DNA of 63,316 nucleotides, taken from contig NC_067398.1 of NCBI RefSeq assembly GCF_016432865.1, positions 681,318,685 through 681,382,000 on the forward strand. The letters run 5' to 3'. A program made the position numbers and the translations under genes. This document shows, piece after piece, positions 8,840 to 20,975 of the stretch (the first letter of the stretch is position 1; the number at the start of each line of letters is the position of its first letter). This DNA is from Antechinus flavipes (taxonomy: Eukaryota). The notes beneath the pieces were generated by a model. That model was given only the letters and a program-made list of their open reading frames with translations. It was not told the DNA's origin and searched no databases.

Positions 8840-11305
8840 CTGTGGATGAGAGAAAGAGAGAAAACTTCATGTAAAAAAAGCCTTCACAACCAAACCCTTA
8901 AATCGTTACTGACCGCCCTCCCAGCCTGCCCTTCCCGGTCCTGCCGATGCTAACGGGCGTCATGCTCAGGGAGAACAGCCCCGGAGCGGGGGAGGGGGGC
9001 AGGTGGGGGCGGGGGGCCACGGAGGCGGCAGCTTCTGGGAATCTGCAGAGGCGCCTTGGCTAAGGAACCGCTGGGAGCCCCCGAGCACTGTGGGAAAGGA
9101 AACTTCCCGGGGCGCCGGGGAGAGGTGGATGAGGAACTGGCCGCTCAAATGCACAAACACCCGCAGGCCAGCTGGATGTCAGCCCAGGGCACCGCCACCG
9201 AGTGTCCAGGAAGGGGCAGCAAGACCCCCGGAGGAGACCCCCGCTGTCCCTCAGTAGCTGCTCCTCTCCCAGAGCCCTGTTCCCTTATTCTCCGGGGTGT
9301 CTCAAGTCGGGGTGTGTATGGGGGGTGGGGGGGAAGGGGAGGCCACGAAGAGCCACTGAATACAGGCTTTATTCATTCAAAGGTTTTTTTGGCGAAGGGA
9401 ACTTCCAGTTCCCTTTAAACCAAATCCGACGCAGGTTCTGCAGCTTACTGGCTCCAGAGGGAGAATTTCTGTGACCTGCCCCACGCCATGGCCTGGTTAC
9501 ATCACCCCGAGACTCGAACCCAGATCTTCTCCCGGAAAGGATTTTAGCCCCATGGTGTTACAGAGTCGGAAGGTCTTCCTCACGCACAGAGGGACTGCCC
9601 TCCGGAACCCGGGGTCCCCGTCCCACACCTACGGCGGCCCAGGGGCTCGGAACAGCCACATCCCTGCTCTCCGGCTCGGGCCCCGCGGACAGCCAGAAAC
9701 AGTGAGGGACCAGGAAGGAGACCCCCCGAGAGCAAGCTGCGGGAAGGCGGATGGAGCTACTCTGGCTGCTGGACCTCCGGGCCAAGAAAGGGGGCTGGAG
9801 AAAAATCCACTTTCTTTGGTTGCTTCCAAATCCAGGCGAAATGGGGGCAGGGGGGTTGGCGCATTCTCCAAAGGTGACTGGGCGACTACACGTGTGACTG
9901 CGTGCACACAAAGACAAGGCGATATCCCTGCTGCCCTCCGAGACCCGCCCCCGGCGCAGGATACAGTTCCCACCCACCCGGGGGGGGAGCAATTAAACGC
10001 CCGCCTCTGGCTCAGGGAGAAGGGGCGGGCAGAGCAGCCGAGACAGGGGCTGCTGGGGGGGAGAAGAAGGGGCTCTCCGGCCTTTCAGTGCGATGGTCAT
10101 CTCCTTCCTTGCGGACAGACATCGCCCACGTCCAGCCAAGAAGTGAGTTACAAGTCTCTCCCCACATGTCTGTAAAACGGGGTGGGAGAGATTAAGCCGT
10201 GGGGGGTGGCCACAAAGGGAGCAGAGGCAAAGAAGATGGTGAAAGCCCGGGAAAGGGGGAGCGGCTGAGACGCGGCAGTCCTGGGGAGGTTTCCTGCGAC
10301 AAGGCCTCCGCCAGAAGCAGGCCGTCCTCAGGGTTACTGAGCGAAGGAAGGAGAACCAGCTCTGGGATGCTGAGCTCTGCCTTGGGCCTGAGAGGTGGAG
10401 GAAGGGTGGGGGCTAGTTACCCACGGTTACCCAAGGGAGAGCCCGGGGGGCCAGAGGGAGACAGCTAGGGGAGGTCCCAGCACAGGTGGGGTGACTGGCC
10501 CCGGCCGCGCCAGGGAGCCCAGGAGGCCCGGAGAGCCGCTCGCTCAGGCGGAGGCTGCGTGGGGAGGGGGCTCCCTCTGCGCCGCTCGGAGCTCGAGGCC
10601 TGTCACAGATGCTAACTGACATCAAACACCCTCAATAATTCAGGGAACACTGTACGAGGAAGGAGCTGAACACGGCTTGATTATTTGGTGAGTTAAACAC
10701 GGAATATTAGTCAGAGCTGGGCCCGGTAGAGCGTGCCGGGAAGGGGTGGGGGAGGGGGTGGGGAGGGGAAGATGAGATGTGCGGCTCAAATGCCTTTTGA
10801 AAATGTCACAGACTGTAAAATCACAACCACCCCCAAACTTAATGTACTCGGTCATGCATGTGCCCGCCGTCATACGTGGGGGTGCGGGTGCCCCCCCCCA
10901 GCAGCCCGTGCATGTGAAGGCTGCAAGCAGGGCTTCTGTTCAATTAGACAAAGGTCATTTATAAGGCACCTACTGTGTGACGGGCACAGGGTGAGCCCCT
11001 AGAGCCGACTATATAAGAAGGTTTAGGTGTGTGCCCACGGGGCTGTGCCAGCCGGATTTACCCCCCCACAGGCATGGGATTACTCCAGTCTCTGAAACAG
11101 GCCACTCCACACTCTGTCACCCTCAAGTACACGCTTGTAGAAAATGGGGGGCCTGTCATGGGCGCCTGTCCCCCCACTGGAGCTGGAAGGGACTCCTCCT
11201 CCACCAGCCCCGCGGGAAACTGCTGGCTTGTCACCAAGCTCAAGAACCACTTGTTATGGGGGGATTGTACTGGTCGGACTTCTGCCCCTCCTCTCCCCAC
11301 TTGCT

Positions 11306-12260
11306 TGTATTTATATCGTACGGATTCTTTAATGTACTTCTTATATATACATGTATATATTTATGTATTCTTTAATATACTTCTTATATATACATATGCA
11401 TATTTATATTCTTTAATATACTTCTTATATATACATATATTTATGTATTCTTTAATATACTTATATATGTACATATGGATTTATGGATTCTTTAATACAT
11501 TTCTTATATATACATACATATTTATGGATTCTTTAATATACTTGTTATATATATGTTTTTAAATATACTTATATATATATTTTTAATATATGTCTTATAT
11601 ATACATATATATTTATAGACTCTTTAATATACTTCTTATATATATTTATGGATATTAAAAATATACTTATGTATATATACATATTTATATTTTTAATATA
11701 TTTTTTATATATACATATATTTATGGATTCTTTAATATATTTCTTATATATACATATATTTATGGATTCTTTAATATACTTGTTATATATATGTTTTTAA
11801 ATATACTTATGTATACATATATATTTATATTCTTTAATATATGTCTTATATATACATATATATTTACAGATTCTTTAATATACTTCTTATATATATATTT
11901 GTGGATTTTAAAAATATACCTATATGTACATACATATTTATATTCTTTAATATACTTCTTATATATATTCTTTAATATATTTCTTATATATACACATATA
12001 TTTATGGATTCTTTAATATACTTCTAACATATACATGTATATATTAATGTATTCTTTAATATACTTATGTATACATATATTTATGGATTCTTTAATATAC
12101 TTATACATACATATGTATTTATATATTCTTTAATATATCTTATAAATACATATATTTATATTCTTTAGTATACTTCTAACATATATGTGTATATATTTAT
12201 GGCTTCTTTAATATACTTCTTATATCTTACACATATCATATACATACATACATACATATA
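11306..12260. repeat. Extremely AT-rich minisatellite, about 40-bp unit, with a ~240-bp higher-order duplication
   Basis: Unit is approximately ttctttaatatacttcttatatatacatatatttatgga. The block near 11521-11690 is repeated near 11759-11930. Confidence 0.92.
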
Positions 12261-12289
12261 TGTATATGTGTATATAGATGTTTGTGTGT

Positions 12290-12690
12290 TCGCGTGCATT
12301 ATCTTCTCTGAGGAAATGTGCACTCTGAGGGCGGGCTCTGTATCTGGTACCGATTAGCGGTTTAGCAAATGCTTGTTGACTGACAGGATGTGAGCTCCCT
12401 GAGAGCAAAGAACGTTTCCCTGGTAATGAAATGCAATGCCAGTGTCTAGCACAGTATCAAGCACATGAAATGTATTTAATAAATGCGGGTCAATTAACAG
12501 AGTGTAAGCTCCTGAAGCCAAGGAAAGTTTCATCTGTGACGAGATGTAGTCCCAGCATCTAGCAGAGTAATGGGCACAAAGGGTATATTTAGTAAATGTT
12601 TGTAAATTGATGACAGCTGGGATAAAATAGATTTCTATTTTTGGTGTCTCATATAGTGTCAGACACATAGTAGGAACTACTACAGGAAGT
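12290..12690 (+). mobile_element. Cluster of 3-4 co-oriented L2 3' termini
   Basis: Repeated pattern (g)tgtaagctcc..gagggcag..ctagcacag..taataaatg at roughly 120-bp spacing. Confidence 0.6.
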
Positions 12691-14439
12691 AGGAGACCAG
12701 CTTAAATAACGACATTATGAGCTACCTCCTCTCCCACCCTGGAGGTATGAGAAGGAACAGACAAAGATGTCCTACAGACAGGGGGTGGGGTGGGGGCAGG
12801 GATGAGCTGTGGCACCCCTGCACTGGGGAAATCCAGGCCTCATTAAATATGGAAGAGTCTATGATTAAAAGGATGGGGCCAGAGGTCCAAAGGGGACCCC
12901 AAGTCGCCAAGTAACACACGTGCATACCTGTACATACAGAGCTCGGGCAGCCCCCAAATCACAGAATTATAAGATCCCAAATCCAGAGCAGGAAGAGATT
13001 TCAGAGGAGATCAAGTCCAATCCACTCCCACCCATTTCACAGAGCAGGAAAACTAAGGCACATAAGCCAAGTGATTTGCCTCAAGTCAAAGGTAAAAAGC
13101 ACTGGAGCTCCGATATGAACCTAACTAAATCTTCCTTACTGCCTTCAGAACGTATCATGTCACGGGGACACCTGGGCACCTCATCTCCCGATGCTCCAAC
13201 CAAGCTCTCTGACTTGGCTGGTTTATGAAAAGCGGGTCCAAGTAACAAAGTAAGATCAGTGCTGGAACTGGGACTGAGACTCGGCTTCCAATTTTGATTC
13301 CGGGTATTATTGTCTTGATAAATCTCTTCCTTTCTCTGCTGCCACGGATAAAACGATTAGATGATCTTAGAGCTCCCTTCCAACTCAAGACCACAATCCT
13401 CTGACGACGGCCTCGGCCCATCTTTTGTGTCAGGGTTCACAAGAGAAGCTAGGCAACGAAAATGCTACTCTTGAAATCAGGGTCACTTTTTCCTTAAAAG
13501 AAAAAAAAATCTCTTCCTAGCAACTGCAATTATGATACTTTCATGTCAAATGAATTATATTACTGAGAATAAATCTCCCTGAGATGCACATGAGGGTTCT
13601 CTGGCTCCAGTCAGACTTATGCATTACTGGTTTTATATGTTGTACTCTATGTGATTAATATCGGTAATCAAATTATATTGCCTTCCACCGAGCTCTCACA
13701 TTCAAGGCTATAATGTTTTCAATGACAAAGTTCATAGAGTTGTATAAAAACGTACCTCACGCTGTACCATCCCTTTATTGCTGCCGTAAAACACCATTTC
13801 CAATTTAGTGATCAGTGATATAGGAGACAGTCCTTGATTGGCAGGGGACAGGGACCCTGGCCCGTGGGCCCACTGGGTTTAGGGGAAGCATACCAATAGA
13901 ATCCAACATTGCCTAGATAGTTTTTGCTCCAGAGATCCTAGATAATACTGTTCAGCACCTGGCATCTGGTATACAGTGAGAATTTAATAAATGCTTATGA
14001 GACAATTCCTTCTTCCAGATCAGATGAGACCTGATCAAAGTCCCAATTCACAGTACAGAGGAGACAGCATTGAACATGGTGATCTAAGGGCCTTTCTAGT
14101 TTTGACATCCTGAGTTCTAAGATCCATCCCCCTCCTTTCCCCCAGCAATGACATTCTACATTCTCACATCTTCCCCAATTCTACATTCAAGCTTCTAAGT
14201 CCAGAAGGGCAGAAATAAGGATTGTATGTACAAAGGCAAAGAGCTCACATCACAGGATTCATCTGAGATAATGGCTGAATTAATTTCAGATGGTAGAAAG
14301 CTTGCTATCATCCAGGAAGAAGGAAGGGATGAACCATGGGTTATTAACAGACTGGCTCCTGATTCCAGAAGAGCAGGTGGAGAGGTGGGCTTCCTCCCCT
14401 CCCACCCTCGCCACACAGTCTCTCAGAGCTGGAAGGGGC

Positions 14440-15320
14440 TTCACAGACCTTCTGGTCCCAGCCATCCTTTCACAAGAGTCTACTTTAGAACAGTCACACA
14501 AGTGGTCATCAGTCTCTCCTGCTTAGGTTTTTTCTTAGCTTACATCTCTCCTGCTTAAGTTTTTTTTCTTAGCTTACATCAAGATCTGTATCCCTGAGTT
14601 TCTACTCATTCAACCAAGTTTCCTGCCCTTTGAGATGAAGAATGAATCAAATACTCTTCCCTACAACTACCTTCAGATTTAAGAAGATGGTTATTACGTG
14701 TCTCCTGAATTTTTTTCTCCTTCTTCAAGACAAAAGTCCCTAGGTCCTTCCCCATCCTGGTTGATGTGCTCCAGTTGGCCAATGCCCTTGAAATGTCATG
14801 CTCATAATATTCCAAATATGTTCTAGCTAAGGCTGAGTACAGTGGGGACTCCAGACAAACCAGTCTAGTCTCTTTGCCAAGAGAATACCACAGATGGAAT
14901 CGGAGAGCTAGGGTCCTTGGGAACTGAGGAATCAGTCACAACAACAACACTACATCTTGTCCCCCTTACAATTGCGATATTGATTTTTTTTTTTTTAATC
15001 CAAAGGTAGAATTTTACATTTCCTTCTGTTAAATTTCATCTCACTAGATTTGGCTCAATTTTCTAGCCTGTAAGGTATTTTTTTCTGTCACCCACTGAAT
15101 AGCTCTCTCCCTCCCAGCTTCATGTCAACAATAAATTTGATGGATAGACCATTTATGCCTCCATCTAAACCACTGATACAGAAGAAATATGAGGGCAGAT
15201 CTCTGGGGTACTTGACCCATGGTTTCCCTTCAAGTTGACATCGAACCATTACTGATTACCCCTCAGGTCTGGTCAGTGAAACTCTTCTGAATTTATCTAA
15301 CTCCAGTAATATCTATATCA
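14440..15320 (-). mobile_element. L3/CR1 LINE fragment
   Basis: Reversed CR1-type sequence: gtagaattttacatttcc..ctgttaaatttcatc; cccagcttcatgtca..aaatttgat. Confidence 0.6.
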
Positions 15321-15499
15321 TATCTGTTTGTGAAATGAGGTAATGAGCAGTAATTGACCAGGATTGGTCAAAATCTTAAGACGATGGCAAAGGCCTGCTG
15401 CTTGGAAACAAATCTCATTTCCTGAGCGGATGGATGTCAGTCTATGTCAAAGTTCTCTGAGCTTTGCTTGGGGATCTTAGAGACGGAGCAACTGCCCAA

Positions 15500-15900
15500 G
15501 AAGGAGGTTTCATTTGTTTTTCCTTAATCCACCAATCACCAAGTGCAACCACATGTGGGGGGAAAAAGAAATCAAACAATCCCTGTCCTCAAGGAGCTTA
15601 TACTGTATCGGGAAAGAAAACGAGTACCTGTTAGTAAAAACAAATGATTCACAAGATAAATTCGTGGTGAATTTTTGTTGGAAGCACTTGCATGGAGGAA
15701 AGGAAGGATGATATTCAGCCCAAGAGTAGGGGGAGGGCTGAGCTGCACTTAGAAGAATCAAAGGGTCTAAGAGATTTTTAGAGGGAAAGCATCACAGACA
15801 ATGTTGGCAACCTCACGGAGCTGTAGGAGATGCGACATTACCAGAGAAACAGTAAGAATTCCTATTTGGCCAGAGGGATGCATCAGATAATGTCCCGAGA
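15500..15900 (-). mobile_element. L2 fragment
   Basis: acaatccctgtcctcaaggagcttata and downstream degenerate L2 sequence. Confidence 0.6.
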
Positions 15901-16559
15901 ACCAGAGAGCTGGATGGGATGAGACTTTGTCTTAAATGGACATTTGTTCATTGATTTTGCTGTTTACTTTTCCCTTACGTATCTTTATTTGTAAGGTTTG
16001 CTGTCCCCTTTGACAACAGAAGTCTCATAGTTAAGAACCCTTGATGAAGTGTTTGTGATACCTGTTAGTGATTCACTGAAAAGACTCAAATGGGTCAAAT
16101 GTGAGAAATGAATATTTTTCTCATATTTATTAATTATTGTAATAGAACCAAGATTTCTCTCCTACCCCCTTCTACGTCTTCATTCAGAAATCAATTAGGA
16201 TGGCAAGTCTCTCTTAAAGATTCACCCAGGCCAAGATCTAATCAGGCAGTAAAAGAAATTCTGGGTTTGGATTAATGGGTGTATTCCTGCTCATTGTCTG
16301 ACAGGTCTGACAGGTCGGGGAAAATGTTGATTCTCCTTTTCTTTCAACACAGGTGATAGAGAAATGAAAGTCTCCTTGACCAAGATTTGAGTGACCCGAG
16401 TCACGTACTCCGAGATAGCCTATCTCCCCCTGAGTTACCAATCAGGACTGATTAGGCATTTCACAGGACTCCAGAAACCGTGAGTCCACCTCCAGGAGGA
16501 GTCTTTGGTCTAAGAGAGATGCCCAAACGGTCATCCTGCCGGCCTTGTGAGCAGCATGA

Positions 16560-16945
16560 TTAAATTACCCAGAAAAAAAGAACTCCTGTTTGAGTATGGG
16601 AAGGGAACAAGTGGAAAACAGGCTAGAACGGGACAATGGGGACAGACTATAAAGGGCTTTGGAAGGAAGCAAAGGGATTCATATGTAATCCTAGAGAAAA
16701 ATGAAAATAAAATGGAGTTTGCTGAATAGAAGCATGATATTCAGCAAACTCCATTTTGCTGAATAGAAGCATGATACGCAAAGGAGTGAATTTTAGGAAA
16801 ATCCTTTTGTCAGTTGCGAAGAGGATGGATAGGTGAGGAAACTCAAAGCTAGGAGACCAATTCTCCTGCCCTCAGGCTACTGTCTTCACTCAAGAAAGTG
16901 AAATGGATGATCTATAGTAGTCTCAGATGGACAGGATGATAATTA
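16560..16945 (-). mobile_element. L2 fragment containing a template-switch hairpin
   Basis: ttttaggaaaatcc..gaggatgga..ggagacca is typical marsupial L2. Confidence 0.6.
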
Positions 16946-16999
16946 AGTGGAACCATGCGGTCCTACAGCAGAGCTCAGCAAAACCCAGGGGCGAGAATA

Positions 17000-17205
17000 T
17001 GAGACTCGGTGTCAGGCAGGCAGGTACTTCCTTATATACTTTATGAACTGTATTACTCTAAGCAAATTACTTAACCACCGGAGAAGGAAATGGCAAACCG
17101 CGCCAGTATCTGCCAAGAAAACCCAGTGGAGAGTACTGGCATTTTGTGGCACACGGTGTCATGAAGGGGCAGTCGTGACTAAACAGCAACAAAACAAATC
17201 TTCCC
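17000..17205 (+). mobile_element. MAR1-type SINE with RTE-derived tail
   Basis: ggagaaggaaatggcaaacc..cagtatctgccaagaaaacccc-like sequence, ending in (aac)n. Confidence 0.7.
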
Positions 17206-18039
17206 CCTCTTTTATCTGTGATGTACCTCAGTTTTCTCATTTGTAAGTGAAGGGGTTGGACTAGAAGGACCTCTTTCAGCTCTCCTCTTTTGATGCTCTT
17301 TGCACTTCTTTTTATTTTTATCTTTTAATTAAAATGGTTTGTTTTTCAAAAGAGTGGACAATTCTTCAACATTAGCTCTTGCAAACTTTTTGCGATTCTT
17401 GAAGAGATGCACAAATGGCAGCTATTTAAAAATCATGATTACCAAGTTCTTATCTTTTTCAATAAGGTAAAAAATGGTATTGCAACCATTCTTTTAAATT
17501 TTATGTTTCACGAACATGGGCCAACCAGATGCTTGCTTTTTTGTAGGAAGGTGAAAGTACCGAGAGGGAAGTTCCTCTGGGACGGATTCAGGGACTGCTT
17601 CCTAGGGACAGCAGCAGCAGCAGCAGCCAAGAGAATGGGCCCATCCCCCTGATCTCTGCACCTTTAAAGCTTCTTGGTCCATGCAGCTCAGAGATCATGA
17701 GTGGCTTGTGCGGGAACACGACTAAAGAGGCCATTTGTCTGTTTTTATGGACAGGTGTTATGGCCAGCAGATTGCAGGACATAGTTCGGCCTTTGAGAAT
17801 GCTCTGGCTCCAGGACACATGGTTGGTCAAGCTGTCAGTAATGCTGGGAGGCCCATATTTGTGCTATGGAAGGATCTGTCGTTTATCCCTGAAAGAGAGT
17901 GCATTTGTGATGTGGGATTCTAGGCCCCAGGTAATTTCTCGGTAGGTATTTGTCAAGTCCTTAAGTTTTAAAGCCAGCAGTAATGTCGAGCAAGTTGCTT
18001 CTGTTGCCTTGCCCAGTTATAATAACTTACAACAAAAGG

Positions 18040-18235
18040 GCAGTGAGGTGCACCAGGGAGTCAGGTCCAGACCTAGTCAGGGAAATCAGGGAAACTCATC
18101 TCTTGAGTTCAAGTCCAGCCTCAAGCACGTACTAGCTGTGTGATCCTGTTGTTTGCCAAGAAATACCAAATGGAGTCATAAAGAGCTGAACGACTGGAAC
18201 AACTCAATAACCACTAACATTAACAATAATAATCA
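18040..18235 (+). mobile_element. MAR1-type SINE
   Basis: tRNA-like head gggcagtgaggtg.., core gagttcaagtccagcctca..ctagctgtgtgatcct, RTE tail tgccaagaaa..aatggagtca..aacaac. Confidence 0.65.
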
Positions 18236-19719
18236 TCATTGTTAAGGGAACTCCATCCAGAACAGAATCACAATTTAGACACATAAGGGCTTTAAGAGTT
18301 CAACTGGTCTAACCCTTCCTCTCTTTGAGAGCCCCTGGTCATCTTGACTCAATTTCTTTTCTTTCTGAGAATGAACTCAAGAATCCTTGGTAACCTAGGG
18401 TTGGTGCTAGGATGGCAGGGTCCTAGTACAAGGAAAATCATTTTCATTATTTCTATATCTTGATTCTTTTTATATTTAATGTATCTTGAGATTTGTGGGG
18501 ACTGTGCAGGTCAGAGCACCTGGAACTAGTCATGGAGGCAAAGAGAGATCATCCAGGAGCTCATTCTTGGAAATTCAAGTTTTTGACTGGGAAGCAACAA
18601 AAGAAGGTAGGAATCATCATATTTCAAGGCAGAGTTTCGGAACCACCTTATTAACAAGACATTAGGTGAAGCAGGGGAGATAGATGCTAATCCTGAACCT
18701 GAGTGTAGTCTAGGTCCCAAAAGAAGGCGAGAAACAAGCATTTATTAAGCACCTATTATGCAGGCCCAGTAGAGGGAAAGAAACAAGCACTTATTAAGCA
18801 CCTGCTACATGCAGGGCACTATCCTCACTAAACATGATCTCATTGGACACTTGCATTTGCTACCTCGGTAGGTAGGTGGGCATTATTATCACCTTACTTT
18901 ACAGAGGGAAAAAGATACACATAAAGGAAAAGTCAAGTATCTGAGGCAGGTTTAAAATTCTAGTCACAGGACGACAATTTGGAGACCCAGGCCTAGGCCG
19001 AGGGGAGAGGCTGCATGCCCCCGGACTCGGCCTGTGCTGGAGAGGGAAGGGTCTCGGCGCATGCCCACGGCACTGGGAGTGGGCTGAGGTGGGAGGGGGG
19101 ACACGAGCCGGTGCTTTGCTCCCCCCCATCAGCTGACACAGCTCAGACAGAAATAGATCACCTCCCAGCAGAGCCTCGGAAAGTACCACCAATCCGGATG
19201 CTTCCCGCTTAATTAACGCCGCAGAACCCTCGAGATGGAAAGAGCAATCCCTATTAAGCTGTCATTTTGGGTGGTGGGTGATCCGGCCTGAGAGAAATGC
19301 GCAATGACATACAATGGGACACGTGCCCATCAATGCCAGCTGTACCCCTTTTGTGGGGCAATGTCCTGCCCAGACTCTGCCTCTGAAGGCCCCTGGCCAG
19401 CCCTGACCACCAGCACCCTGAGACCCCTGCCCCCCCCCCCAAGGCGCATCTCCCTCCCACTACCTTGGGGCTGTGGGGCCGGAGGCTCTCAGTTAGTGGA
19501 ACCCCTCACCCAAGAATCCCCAGCCCACTTAGAGAACCTTCTAATAAGAGAGTTCTAATTAGAGCCGGAAGGAGACAAAGGCCTTTTCTCATCTCGGAGG
19601 CAGGGGCTTCCTCTGCCAGTCCTGCCAGGGGATCGGGGCAATCACGGAGGCAAACCTTGGCAAGGCATCCCCCCCCCCCAGCCCTCTGACAGATCTCCCC
19701 GGATTGCTGCTTAAGCCAA

Positions 19720-20020
19720 CGTGGCAGCGTCGGCAGGAGGACGCATTTGGTGGAAAATATTGAGGAAGAAATATTCGCCCTGCAGCCGGCTCCTTGGGGA
19801 GGTGTGATTTATCTGACATCAAAGACCACGCGTGTGCCGGGCTGTGTTTTCCGTCAGTGCGAGCGTGTAAAGGACGGGGCTCATGGATCCCTATAATTAA
19901 CAAAAACAGCCCATCATTGTCAGCCTGAGCAGGCAGGGTCATAAATGAATACGTTATTAAGTCCTGCTGAATTAATGTTTAACTGCAATAGTCGGAATTG
20001 AATGAGGCAATTAATCAGAG
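19720..20020. promoter_or_regulatory. Candidate enhancer with a PBX-HOX/MEIS/TCF composite site
   Basis: TGATTTAT (19805), TGACA (19814) and ACATCAAAG (19816), plus several TAAT sites. Confidence 0.5.
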
Positions 20021-20560
20021 TAAGAGGTGGGGGAGAAAAAAATCCCTCACATCTGTCTCGCTGCTAGCAAGACGACCTTCAAAATGGCAGGACTGGGGAG
20101 GGGGAGGCCTTCCCTCTGGCCTGAACCCCACCCCTGGGCCGGGTGGAGGGAGGGCAAGTCACAGATGCCTGCTGAGGTGGGAGGGGGCGCAGGGCCGGGC
20201 TGAGCAACGGGGGCTCCGGGGGTGGAAGAGGGCACTAAATGTGGGCAAATCCCTGCAGGGCAGCCCCCTCCCCCTCCCCCATCATGGCTGTAGGACACAG
20301 ATCCCCTCATGAAAGGGCCACAGGATGGAGAAAAATAGGAAGCGGGGGGAGCAAGGAACCCTCCCCCTCAGTAAGGGGAAAGGCCCCTCCTGGGGAGGGG
20401 GGCCTGCAAGGGAGGCAGGGATTATCTGAGGATGGAGGAACGGATGGTTACTAAAGGAAGGGGAGGGATACAGAGAAAGGGGCACAAACCCCTACTGTGG
20501 GGATGGAGGGAAGGAGTAGGAGGCCCTGGGGGACACAGATCTCCATAGTGCCTGTTTCAG

Positions 20561-20562
<2 letters not shown>

Positions 20563-20604
<42 letters not shown>
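20563..20604. repeat. (GT)21 microsatellite
   Basis: Direct read. Confidence 0.98.
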
Positions 20605-20606
<2 letters not shown>

Positions 20607-20884
20607 CACATGGTCAGTATGGTGGGGAGACTTGCTGGAAGAAGGACAGGCCCCTGGAGGGGGGGGGGCACTACAGAAGTGCTGAGGGGGTGGGCAGGGA
20701 GAGCTCTCCATTAGAGCAGAGGTAAGATCCCCATTCTGGGAGGGGCAAGGCCCTGGGATCTGGACCTTCCGAGAAAAGATAGCAAAGGGGAGGGAAGAGA
20801 TCCCCCATTATGGGGGGCTGTTGCAGCTCTGCCCCCCCAAGCAGCAGTTCTTTCTGGTGATGGACGGAAAGCAGGGAAGGCCCG

Positions 20885-20975
20885 AGTTAAAATTCAGCCT
20901 CACACACTTATTAGCCGTGTGCCCTTGGATGAGTCCCTCTGCCCGTCTCCGTTTCCTCCGCTGTAGAATGGGGAC
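20885..20975 (+). mobile_element. MIR core
   Basis: cttattagccgtgtgcccttgg..gtttcctccgctgtagaatgggga. Confidence 0.6.

Noticed and set aside
9471-10175. 234-aa plus-strand ORF
   Set aside because: No homology recognised and a non-ATG start; long ORFs are expected in stop-poor GC-rich DNA.
11029-12027. Tyr/Ile/Phe-rich membrane-like ORFs
   Set aside because: Translation of the AT-rich minisatellite.
13945-13965. RE1 left half TTCAGCACC
   Set aside because: It has no right half and sits in L2-like sequence.
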